46,518 nt of DNA. It comes from a candidate division WOR-3 bacterium. Its GTDB lineage: Bacteria; Hydrothermota; Tepidihabitantia; SM23-42; JAOAFX01. The notes beneath the pieces were generated by a model. The model saw nothing but the letters and a program-made list of their open reading frames with translations. It did no database searches and had not been told where the DNA came from. Location: assembly GCA_037444665.1 (NCBI GenBank), contig JBBILZ010000012.1, positions 1 through 46,518 of the forward strand, in the 5' to 3' direction. Positions 18,045-26,956 of the stretch are shown piece by piece (the first letter of the stretch is position 1; each line of letters opens with the position of its first letter). The position numbers and the translations under genes are program-made.

Positions 18045-19325
18045 ATGTTAAATTTTCTTAGTGGCGGAATATACCTGGGCAAACAGAAAGATCTAATGAA
18101 TTCAGGCATTGAGGTAATGCCTATGCCAAAAAAAGTATATATTCCGTTTATTCAACATCAAGGGAAACCTGCTATTCCTTTAGTCAAATCAGGCGACATC
18201 GTGCAAATTGGTGCAAAGATTGGTGCAGCAGATGGTGACCTATCCGCACATATCCATTCAAGCATCTCTGGAAAAATAATTGATATAAAAATGCATCCAC
18301 ATCCACTACTCGGTGAAGCACTATGCTGTGTCATTGAATCTGACTATTCTGAAAATTGGGAACACCATTTTATTGATACTGACCATCACTCACTTACTAA
18401 GCAAGAACTCTTAGACCGAATAAAGGAGGCAGGCATTGTGGGATTGGGTGGTGGCGCATTTCCTACGAATATAAAACTTTTATCTGGTGCTGAAAAAAAA
18501 ATAGACTTTTTGATTATAAACGGTTCTGAATCAGAACCAAATCTCTCTGCTGATTACCGTATGATGCTTGAATACCCAATGTGTGTAATAGAAGGTGCGA
18601 GAATTATTCAAAAGATTATTGGTGCGAGGGACTTAATCTTTGCCATTTCAAAGACCTATAGACCGGCAGCAGATTTATTCAAAAAAGAAGGTGTCAGGGT
18701 ATTGATTGTTCCTGATAAGTTTCCACAGGGTGCAGAAAGATTATTGATTAAAAAAATTACCAGGAGAAATGTTCCAATTAATAAATTACCCGTAGACATA
18801 GGCTGTATGGTTCATAATGTCAGTACCTGTTATGCAGTATTCCAGGCAGTAAAATACAAAAAACCCCTGATTGAAAGGGTCATCTCTGTGAGCGGTGATG
18901 CAATAAATGAACCAAAAAATATTTTAGTGAGGCTGGGCACTCCAGTCTCTGATATTATCCAATTTTGCGGCGGCATAAAAGGAAATTTAAAAAAGGTCAT
19001 ATTTGGTGGTCTGATGACTGGTATTGCCCAATTTTCCCTTGATACACCAGTGATAAAACAGGTTAATGGTATTGTGTTCCAATCAGAAATAGCCGAACCT
19101 GAGATAAAGGATTGTGTTCGCTGCTCTGCGTGTATTGATACCTGCCCAATGAACCTGTTACCTAATGTGCTCTTCTATAACATAAAACAGGATAAATTAG
19201 ACCAAGCGTATGAATATGGTCTGAGTGAATGTATTCAATGTGGTTGCTGTTCTTATGTATGTCCGGCGAATATTCCTCTCTTACATTATTTTAAATTTGC
19301 AAAGATGAGAACCGCAAATGGATAA
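18045..19325 (+). CDS. rnfC: Rnf electron transport complex subunit C
   Basis: AHIHSSISG, AGIVGLGGGAFPT, two 4Fe-4S motifs (CVRCSACIDTCP, CIQCGCCSYVCP). Confidence 0.93.
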   Translation: MLNFLSGGIYLGKQKDLMNSGIEVMPMPKKVYIPFIQHQGKPAIPLVKSGDIVQIGAKIGAADGDLSAHIHSSISGKIIDIKMHPHPLLGEALCCVIESDYSENWEHHFIDTDHHSLTKQELLDRIKEAGIVGLGGGAFPTNIKLLSGAEKKIDFLIINGSESEPNLSADYRMMLEYPMCVIEGARIIQKIIGARDLIFAISKTYRPAADLFKKEGVRVLIVPDKFPQGAERLLIKKITRRNVPINKLPVDIGCMVHNVSTCYAVFQAVKYKKPLIERVISVSGDAINEPKNILVRLGTPVSDIIQFCGGIKGNLKKVIFGGLMTGIAQFSLDTPVIKQVNGIVFQSEIAEPEIKDCVRCSACIDTCPMNLLPNVLFYNIKQDKLDQAYEYGLSECIQCGCCSYVCPANIPLLHYFKFAKMRTANG

Positions 19326-20310
19326 TTTACTTATTGTATCATCATCGCCCCATATCTTATCAAGGAAGACCACAGGTCGTGCAGTATCCATTGTCTGCCT
19401 TGCACTCCTCGCCTCTCTGGTCTTCAGTATATTCAATTTTGGAATATACGCTTTGATTGTTGTTATCTCCTGTATTGCTTCCTGTGTAATCTCTGAACTA
19501 ATCTATGAATATTTTAGAAAAAAGCAGATAATTTATGATGAAACTTCTATTTTAACCGGGATGCTTCTGGGAATGAGTCTACCACCTGCTGTTCCTTTAT
19601 GGATACCGATTACTGGTGGTGCTTTTTCAATAATACTTGTCAAAAAAATTTTCGGTGGCTTGGGATTTAATATTTTAAATCCAGCACTAACAGGCAGGGC
19701 ATTCTTGATGTTCAGTTTTCCGGGGTTGATGACCACTGCCTGGCACAATCCATTTAATGGAACAATTTCTGGTATTGATACAATTACTCAGGCAACACCA
19801 TTAACGATTCTGAAAAATCCTGGCTACTATGGAGATGCAGGGACCATTATTAATAATTATAATTCTTTCAGTTTTTTAAAGATTTTATTCCTTGGTAATA
19901 TCGGTGGGTCTATTGGTGAAACCTGTAAACTGACCATAATTTTTGCGGGAATCTTCCTGCTATTTTTAAAAATCATTGATTATCGGATTATTCTGGGCTA
20001 TGTTCTAAGTTTTCTCTTGTTAAGTGCATTACTATTCAATAAAGTAAGCCCGCTCTTCTATCTATTTTCTGGTGGTCTTTTAATTGCAATATTCTTTATG
20101 GCAACAGACTGGGTCACGACACCACTAACAAAGAATGGTAGGTGGATTTTCGGCATTGGCTGTGGCATTCTTACCGTGGTCTTAAGATTATATTCTATTT
20201 TTCCTGAAGGGGTTACCCCGGCAATACTTATTATGAATATCTGCACGCCATTTATTGACCGAATCACCATTACAAAAAGGGTAACAAAAATAAATGGGAA
20301 AAATTATTGA
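19318..20310 (+). CDS. rnfD: Rnf subunit D
   Basis: SSPH, FGGLGFNILNPAL, FMN site DTITQATPL, GSIGET, FMATD. Confidence 0.93.
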   Translation: MDNLLIVSSSPHILSRKTTGRAVSIVCLALLASLVFSIFNFGIYALIVVISCIASCVISELIYEYFRKKQIIYDETSILTGMLLGMSLPPAVPLWIPITGGAFSIILVKKIFGGLGFNILNPALTGRAFLMFSFPGLMTTAWHNPFNGTISGIDTITQATPLTILKNPGYYGDAGTIINNYNSFSFLKILFLGNIGGSIGETCKLTIIFAGIFLLFLKIIDYRIILGYVLSFLLLSALLFNKVSPLFYLFSGGLLIAIFFMATDWVTTPLTKNGRWIFGIGCGILTVVLRLYSIFPEGVTPAILIMNICTPFIDRITITKRVTKINGKNY

Positions 20311-20334
20311 AAAAATAATAATCAGGAGGTCAAA

Positions 20335-21228
20335 TTGAAAAAGTCAATCTTAACTATAGTTTTTCTGCTGGTCAGTATTCTATTTCTGACCATAATAAAT
20401 TTTTATACAATGCCACTCATTGCCCAGACCGAGACTCAAAAATATATCAATATTCTTAAAAGAGTAATGGATGCTAATGAATTCATTCCCATAATTCCTG
20501 ATACAGTATTTCAGGCGTTTGATTCGTCAAAAAATTTAAAAGGGATTGTATTCAAAGTATGGAGCAGAGGATATATTGGAATTATTCCCATTACAGTGGG
20601 CATTAATCTTGAAGAGAAAATAACAGGAATCTATATCGGTGGTAAAAGCGAAGGATTTAAAGAAACTGAAGGACTCGGCTCAAAAGTAAGGGAAAAAGTA
20701 TTTATTAATCAATTTATTGGAAAAGATATCTCTCAAATCTCTTTAAAAAAGGATGGTGGTGAAATAGATGCAATAACCGGGGCGACAATTTCATCAAAAG
20801 GGGTTTGTGAAGGTATAAAAAATGGACTACAGAAATATAGCCAATTTTTGGCACAATGTAAAACAGATGACCCAAAATGTCAAATTTTTCCTGAGGCAAA
20901 AAATTTTATTGAGGTAATAAAAGACACACTCTGGTATGCACTGGCATATCCTGAGACACTCGGTATTGTATTCAATGGACAGACATTTGGATATCTTGAT
21001 GCCATAAAATATATTGTGGGAATACGCAAAGATGGAATGACTGAAAAAATTATAATCACTTACTCAAAAGAAACCGAAGGTATTGGTGAACAGATAAGGA
21101 ACCCTGAATTTCTTGAAAAATTTAAAACCGGTATGCCTGATGCCATCTCCGGAGCAACCATCTCTTCACAGGCTTTAATTAAAAGTGTCCAGGCGAACAT
21201 TGAAAAGTATAAAGAATATCTGAAATGA
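20335..21228 (+). CDS. rnfG: Rnf subunit G with two FMN-binding domains
   Basis: N-terminal TM; ETEGLG..DAITGATISS and ETEGIG..DAISGATISS; AGGAGG RBS before the TTG start. Confidence 0.88.
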   Translation: MKKSILTIVFLLVSILFLTIINFYTMPLIAQTETQKYINILKRVMDANEFIPIIPDTVFQAFDSSKNLKGIVFKVWSRGYIGIIPITVGINLEEKITGIYIGGKSEGFKETEGLGSKVREKVFINQFIGKDISQISLKKDGGEIDAITGATISSKGVCEGIKNGLQKYSQFLAQCKTDDPKCQIFPEAKNFIEVIKDTLWYALAYPETLGIVFNGQTFGYLDAIKYIVGIRKDGMTEKIIITYSKETEGIGEQIRNPEFLEKFKTGMPDAISGATISSQALIKSVQANIEKYKEYLK

Positions 21229-21800
21229 ATAATAATTCAAAAACCAATGATTTATTGATTATTATTGGTTTGATACCTTTTATTGCACTCACCAATTCAG
21301 CAATCAATAGTCTCTCTATCGGTTTAGTTGTCATTATTGTCTTTATCATCTCCAGTATTATTGCCAACCTTTTTAAAAAGTATCTCATCAAATCTAATAG
21401 CACAATTATTCTGATTATTATTTCTGCAACAATTGCCAGCCTCATTGACCAGTTTATGCAAATCCATATACCATCAGTGCACAGCGAAATAGAACTATTC
21501 TTACCACTCACTGCTGTGAGCAGTTTTCTTTTTAACTATATAAACAATTTCAAAAATACCGATGAAACATTATCATTTACTTTTAATGGCGTAAAAAAGT
21601 GGTCAAAGATCTCATTAATTTTTCTTGTGGTTGGTATGGTCAGAGAAATTTTCGGCAGAGGAACACTATTCAATCAACCAGTGCTAAGTTCTGACCCGGC
21701 AGCAAATCCACTAATCATTTTAGGCGCACCATCTGGTGCGTTTATAATAACTGCATTTGTCCTGGCAATATTTTTCAAGGTAAAACGAAAAAATGAGTGA
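21225..21800 (+). CDS. rnfE: Rnf subunit E, divergent and cysteine-free
   Basis: REIFGRG and PSGAF motifs plus operon position; no Cys in the protein. Confidence 0.8.
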   Translation: MNNNSKTNDLLIIIGLIPFIALTNSAINSLSIGLVVIIVFIISSIIANLFKKYLIKSNSTIILIIISATIASLIDQFMQIHIPSVHSEIELFLPLTAVSSFLFNYINNFKNTDETLSFTFNGVKKWSKISLIFLVVGMVREIFGRGTLFNQPVLSSDPAANPLIILGAPSGAFIITAFVLAIFFKVKRKNE

Positions 21801-22371
21801 TACATTAATATCAATATTCATCAAAAATATAACTGTAAATAATATAGTATTATATTCACTCTTAGGTATCTGTCCATTAATATTATACCAGTTGAGTATC
21901 AAAGAATGTCTAACTATCGGTATTATTACTACTGCGATTATGCTCATTAGCACCTGGTTTACAATGTTAATCCACCATTTTCTGATAATACCATTGAACC
22001 TCAGCTACCTGAAGATTTTCGATTTTATAATCATAACATACCTGATAATAGAGTTAATAAAGACCATTATCAATAAATTGAATTCTCCTTATGCAGAAAT
22101 ATTTAATGCCTATCCAGAGTTTTTTCAAACAAATTTTGCAATTTATGGTTCAGCCTTTTTGAATATAAATTCCAGTTTTAATTTTTTGAACATCACGGTA
22201 AATACACTCGGTGTCGGGGTTGGATATTTAATATTATTACTAATTTTTAATTGTATAAAAGAAAGATTTAATAATAAGCAAAATTTATCACGAACAGATA
22301 GATTATTAGTTGATCTCGTCGTCCTGGGGCTGATAAGTCTGGTGTTTGTTGGCGCGATTGGTTTAAGGTAA
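21793..22371 (+). CDS. rnfA: Rnf subunit A, divergent
   Basis: NNIVLYSLLGICP, GVGY, IKER; the canonical TNC motif reads TNF. Confidence 0.8.
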   Translation: MSDTLISIFIKNITVNNIVLYSLLGICPLILYQLSIKECLTIGIITTAIMLISTWFTMLIHHFLIIPLNLSYLKIFDFIIITYLIIELIKTIINKLNSPYAEIFNAYPEFFQTNFAIYGSAFLNINSSFNFLNITVNTLGVGVGYLILLLIFNCIKERFNNKQNLSRTDRLLVDLVVLGLISLVFVGAIGLR

Positions 22372-22376
22372 TTGCT

Positions 22377-24311
22377 ATGCCTTCAAAAGAGATTACTGAT
22401 TTTGAAAAAGAACTGAATAAAGAGCAATGGCAGGCAGTCCAGATATTAAATGGTCCATTACTTATTCTTGCTGGAGCAGGCAGTGGCAAAACCCGTGTGA
22501 TTACCTACCGCATTGCCTATCTTATTTCAAAGGGAGTAAATCCTTTAAATATCCTTGCGGTCACATTCACCAACAAAGCTGCAGACGAAATGAAACAGCG
22601 CGTGTGCAATCTTCTAAACAATGAAAACCCAGATATCTGGATAAGAACATATCACTCCACCTGTGCAAGGATTTTGCGAAAAGAATCACATCATATCGGT
22701 ATAGATACAAATTTTACAATCTACGATGAAGCAGACCAATTGTCCCTTGTAAAAGATTGCCTCAGAGAATTGCTGCTGGATATTAAAGAATTAAAGCCTG
22801 ACTTTATCCTTCAATGTATAAATCGTGCAAAGGAAAATCTTGTTAACCCGAATAATTATCATTCTCCTGTATATAACCAATATGGTAATATTATCAAAAC
22901 AGTATACAAACTATATAATCAGCGGTTGCAAGAATGCAATGCCCTTGATTTTGATGACCTGATTCTAAAGACAGTTGAACTCTTTAAAAGCAAATCCGAT
23001 ATTCTTGAATATTATCAGGATAGATTCAGGTATATTCTGGTTGATGAATATCAGGATACCAATCATGCCCAGTATGTATTTACTAAATTACTCGCACAAA
23101 AATACCGTAATCTTTGTGTTGTTGGAGACGATGACCAGTCAATATATTCCTGGCGCGGTGCAGAAATCAAAAATATCCTTGATTTTGAAAAGGATTATCC
23201 AGAAACAAAGATTATAAAACTGGAACAGAATTATCGTTCCACAAAAATAATTTTAAAGGCTGCTTCTGAAGTCGTAAAAAATAATCGTGGCCGTAAGAAA
23301 AAAGTGCTCTGGTGCAAAAATGACATTGGTGAACCAATTGAATACTATGATGCACATCATGACAAAGAAGAGGCTGAATATGTTGCAGAAAAGATCTATC
23401 AAGAACATCTCCGTGGCACTGATTTCAATGAAATTGCAGTATTCTACCGCCTCAATTACCAATCAAGAATTTTTGAAGAATGTTTTGCCCAGAATAGAAT
23501 ACCTTATGAAGTGGTCGGGGCATTGAAGTTTTACGAGCGTGCAGAAATAAAAAATATGCTCGCATATTTGCGGGTAATCAATAATCCGAAAGATAATATC
23601 TGTCTCAAACGTATCATAAATCTCCCCGCAAGAAACATTGGTAAAGAAACGCTTGATAAGTTGGTCACTTATCAAAAAGAAAGGAACATAACGCTTTTTG
23701 AAGCACTGAAAAGATGTGCAGAAATAAAAGATTTACCACAAAATAAAATTGGTCACATAAAATCATTTGTTAAAATGATGGATGAATTTATAGAGCTGAG
23801 TAAAAAACTTAATCTCTATGACTTGGCACTGCGTATTGCTAAAGAGTCAGGTTACCTTGAATTTCTTAAACGGAGGCAGACTGAAGAAGAGATTGACCGT
23901 CGGAAGAATGTGGAAGAACTGCTCATTTCCATTAATGATTATGTAAAAAATAATCCGCAGGCATCAATTGCGGATTATCTGGAAGGTATAACATTAAAAA
24001 GTGATATTGATGAGTGGTCAAATGAAAAGGTATCTTTGATGACCCTGCACAATGCCAAAGGGCTTGAATTTGATGTCGTATTTATAACCGGATTAGAAAA
24101 AGGAATCATCCCGCACTATAAATCACAGGAAGAAGGAAGGTACGAAGAAGAACGAAGATTATTGTATGTTGGTATTACCCGGGCAAAGAAAAAATTATAT
24201 ATGACAAGGGCTAATGCCCGCAAAACATATACAGGAAATCTTTCTTTTACCACAAAATCACCATTTTTAGAGGAAATACCCGATGAAGTCTTTGCTACAA
24301 CCACCAGATAA
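22377..24311 (+). CDS. pcrA: UvrD/PcrA superfamily 1 DNA helicase
   Basis: AGAGSGKT, VDEYQDTN, VGDDDQSIY, QNYRS, HNAKGLEF, EERRLLYVGITRA. Confidence 0.93.
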   Translation: MPSKEITDFEKELNKEQWQAVQILNGPLLILAGAGSGKTRVITYRIAYLISKGVNPLNILAVTFTNKAADEMKQRVCNLLNNENPDIWIRTYHSTCARILRKESHHIGIDTNFTIYDEADQLSLVKDCLRELLLDIKELKPDFILQCINRAKENLVNPNNYHSPVYNQYGNIIKTVYKLYNQRLQECNALDFDDLILKTVELFKSKSDILEYYQDRFRYILVDEYQDTNHAQYVFTKLLAQKYRNLCVVGDDDQSIYSWRGAEIKNILDFEKDYPETKIIKLEQNYRSTKIILKAASEVVKNNRGRKKKVLWCKNDIGEPIEYYDAHHDKEEAEYVAEKIYQEHLRGTDFNEIAVFYRLNYQSRIFEECFAQNRIPYEVVGALKFYERAEIKNMLAYLRVINNPKDNICLKRIINLPARNIGKETLDKLVTYQKERNITLFEALKRCAEIKDLPQNKIGHIKSFVKMMDEFIELSKKLNLYDLALRIAKESGYLEFLKRRQTEEEIDRRKNVEELLISINDYVKNNPQASIADYLEGITLKSDIDEWSNEKVSLMTLHNAKGLEFDVVFITGLEKGIIPHYKSQEEGRYEEERRLLYVGITRAKKKLYMTRANARKTYTGNLSFTTKSPFLEEIPDEVFATTTR

Positions 24312-25434
24312 TAAAAATATAGATAATTTTAGAAATCTGTTTCCAATAACGCAGAAAAAAATCTATTTAAATCATGCCGGCACTGGTCCGATGTCAGTGC
24401 GCGCTGAGAGTGCCATCAAGGAGTGCATAGAAACTTATAAAAATCAGGCTGAATTTGATTTTAATGATTATTTTGAAAGGTTAAAGCAGAGCAGAGAAGT
24501 ATTTGCAAAATTGATAAATGCTGAACCAGAAGAGATTGCATTTACACAGAATACTTCTTCTGGAATCTATATTTCGCTAATCAATCTACCATTGAAAGAA
24601 AATGACGAAATCATTGTTATGTCTGAGGTATTTCCTGCAGTGCGGTATGTGGTAGAATATAATTTACCAGGAATTACGAAAAAATTTATCAGTTTCAAGA
24701 GCAAAGAGACCCTTGAAATTCTAAAAAAATCAATAACAAAAAACACTCGTGCGGTAGTTATTGACCACACACAATTCTTTACTGGAGAAATGATTGATTT
24801 GCATACCATTTCAAAATTCTTACAGGAATTAGAAATATTTTTAGTGGTAGATGGGATTCAATCTGTTGGTGCCATTGAAATTGACACAAAAACATTAAGC
24901 ATTGATTTTCTTGCGAGCGGTGGTGGAAAATGGCTGTTTGGACCCGGAGGGATAGGATTTTTGTATGTCAATAAAAAAAATTTCAGCAAACTAAAAAGAC
25001 TCCATACTGGCTGGCTCGGTGCGGATTGGCAGAGTTTTGAAAATTTTGAAATCTCTCCCCCGCTCTTTGCTGATGCACGGATGTTTGAACAGGGAACAAG
25101 GAATGTCATTGGCATAAGTGGTTTAACCGAACACATAAATATATTGTTAGAATTTGGATTAAAAAATGTTGAATGTAGAATACTACAATTGAAAGATAGA
25201 TTGCGGCAGGCTTTTAAAAATCTCGGATTGCCGGTGCTAACACCGGAAACAGGTCCTCAGTCCGGAATCATTACAATAAAACCAGAAGATGTGCATAAAA
25301 TTTTTGATTATCTTAAACAACATAATATTACCATATCATTACGCAATAACTGCTTAAGATTCTCTCCCCATTTCTACAATACTGAACAAGAGATTGACCG
25401 AACCATTGAATTGCTAAAAAACTTTAAACCTTGA
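24283..25434 (+). CDS. Class V PLP-dependent aminotransferase
   Basis: YLNHAG, DGIQSVG, GGGKWLFGP (PLP lysine), RFSPHFYN. Confidence 0.88.
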   Translation: MKSLLQPPDNKNIDNFRNLFPITQKKIYLNHAGTGPMSVRAESAIKECIETYKNQAEFDFNDYFERLKQSREVFAKLINAEPEEIAFTQNTSSGIYISLINLPLKENDEIIVMSEVFPAVRYVVEYNLPGITKKFISFKSKETLEILKKSITKNTRAVVIDHTQFFTGEMIDLHTISKFLQELEIFLVVDGIQSVGAIEIDTKTLSIDFLASGGGKWLFGPGGIGFLYVNKKNFSKLKRLHTGWLGADWQSFENFEISPPLFADARMFEQGTRNVIGISGLTEHINILLEFGLKNVECRILQLKDRLRQAFKNLGLPVLTPETGPQSGIITIKPEDVHKIFDYLKQHNITISLRNNCLRFSPHFYNTEQEIDRTIELLKNFKP

Positions 25435-25459
25435 ATATATACTGGATAACAGTAATAGG

Positions 25460-25584
25460 TTAGCCATTCTAAAAAATGGAATTAAATCAATGTAGTTGCC
25501 CAATTTTCCGAAGGGACTCTCGTCCCATCGGGACGGAGCATTGGGCTTTTTTTAGTGCTTGATAAATCAAGCAACTACAATTTC
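25460..25584. mobile_element. 125-bp REP-doublet (REPIN-like) element, copy 1
   Basis: Inverted copy at 44499-44623 with 3 mismatches; two inverted GTAG-TTGC hairpins. Confidence 0.8.
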
Positions 25585-26030
25585 AGGGCGGCTGAACTAT
25601 TACGGATAATAATAATTAGTATAGTAGTATAAATTCCTGCACCAAGGTCATCAAGCATAATACCAAAACCACCAGGAAGCTTCTCCAATTGACGCAATGG
25701 CGGAGGTTTCAAAACATCAAATATTCTGAAAAGAAAAAAGGCGATGAGAAAAAGAACAATATTTTTCGGCACAAAATATAAAGGTAAAAGAAGGGCGCTA
25801 TATTCGTCAATTACGATTTTTCTCGGGTCACTCCCCCATTCTTTTGTAAATTCATTGCTGATAATCAAACCCCATAAAAAAAGGTTGATAAAGATTCCAA
25901 AGTATATAAAAGGATAATTTGCAAGAAAATACCATATAACAATGCTGATAAGGCATCCGAATGTTGCTGGTGCAAGTGGCAAATAACCAAGCCCACATCC
26001 AGTAATTAATCCTATCTTGAGAAATCTCAT
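25575..26030 (-). CDS. pgpA: Phosphatidylglycerophosphatase A
   Basis: APATFG, DPRKIVIDE, FRIFDVLKP, GIMLDD. Confidence 0.92.
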   Translation of the reverse strand: MRFLKIGLITGCGLGYLPLAPATFGCLISIVIWYFLANYPFIYFGIFINLFLWGLIISNEFTKEWGSDPRKIVIDEYSALLLPLYFVPKNIVLFLIAFFLFRIFDVLKPPPLRQLEKLPGGFGIMLDDLGAGIYTTILIIIIRNSSAALKL

Positions 26031-26054
26031 TTAATTGAGATTCTGATTAAATTA

Positions 26055-26954
26055 CTATTTCTTTTTCTTCTGGGGCGATCTTAATTCCCACTCGGTTACC
26101 AGGGCACAAACCACAAATGTTGAAGAGTATGTTCCAAATATCAAACCCACAATAAGGGTGAAGGCAAAGTCTGCAATCACTGGTCCACCCAGAAATAATA
26201 GCAAGAAAAGTGTAATAATCACAAATAAGCCGGTCAGGATGGTTCGGGAAAAAGTTTCATTGATACTCGTATTTATTAAATCAATGAATGGCATACCGCG
26301 AACTTTTTTTCTATTTTCACGGACACGGTCTGAAATGACAATCGTATCATTAATGGAATAACCAACAATGGTCAAAAGTGCACCCACTATCACTATGGTA
26401 AATTCCCTGCCCGTAAGTATCAGTGCACCGATAGTAATGAGTAAATCATGGATTATAGAAATAACTGACGCAATCCCGAAACGGATATCAAATCTGAACC
26501 AGATATAGATCCCCATTAAAAACATTGCTACAAGTACACCAATCAATGTATTCCTTGTGAGTTCCTGGCTTATTTTGGGTTCAACTGTCTCTTTTGCACG
26601 CAGATCAATCGGATTATCAGAAAAATCCTTTTTCAATTGCTCAAGCACACTATTGGCAAATGCATCAGGGTCAGTTTTGGTAACCGAACGGATGACAAAT
26701 TCATTGGTTCCTGACAATCTCTGAATTGATGCCTGTTCCTGCCCGATTCTGGCAAGAGATGAACGAATATCTCCTATATCAAGGGGCTTTTCAAACTTGA
26801 CCCAGACCAATGCGCCACCTGCAAAATCTACACCAAGCCTCGGTCCCTTAACAATGATGAGCACAAGAGCAATAATTACAAGCACACCGGAGAAAATAAA
26901 GCCGTATTTTCTCCAGGACATAAATGGCAGATTTGGATTTTTTATCAGTTCCAT
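26055..26954 (-). CDS. secF: Protein translocase subunit SecF
   Basis: LGVDFAGG, HDL, GYSINDTIVISDRVRE. Confidence 0.95.
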   Translation of the reverse strand: MELIKNPNLPFMSWRKYGFIFSGVLVIIALVLIIVKGPRLGVDFAGGALVWVKFEKPLDIGDIRSSLARIGQEQASIQRLSGTNEFVIRSVTKTDPDAFANSVLEQLKKDFSDNPIDLRAKETVEPKISQELTRNTLIGVLVAMFLMGIYIWFRFDIRFGIASVISIIHDLLITIGALILTGREFTIVIVGALLTIVGYSINDTIVISDRVRENRKKVRGMPFIDLINTSINETFSRTILTGLFVIITLFLLLFLGGPVIADFAFTLIVGLIFGTYSSTFVVCALVTEWELRSPQKKKK

Positions 26955-26956
26955 AA

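Noticed and set aside
22377..24311. Helicase as a defence-system component
   Set aside because: Ordinary PcrA/UvrD motifs in housekeeping context; it only lacks the C-terminal extension.
24283..25434. Calling the aminotransferase a cysteine desulfurase (sufS/iscS)
   Set aside because: The catalytic RxGHHC or SGSAC motif is absent; only the class V fold is supported.
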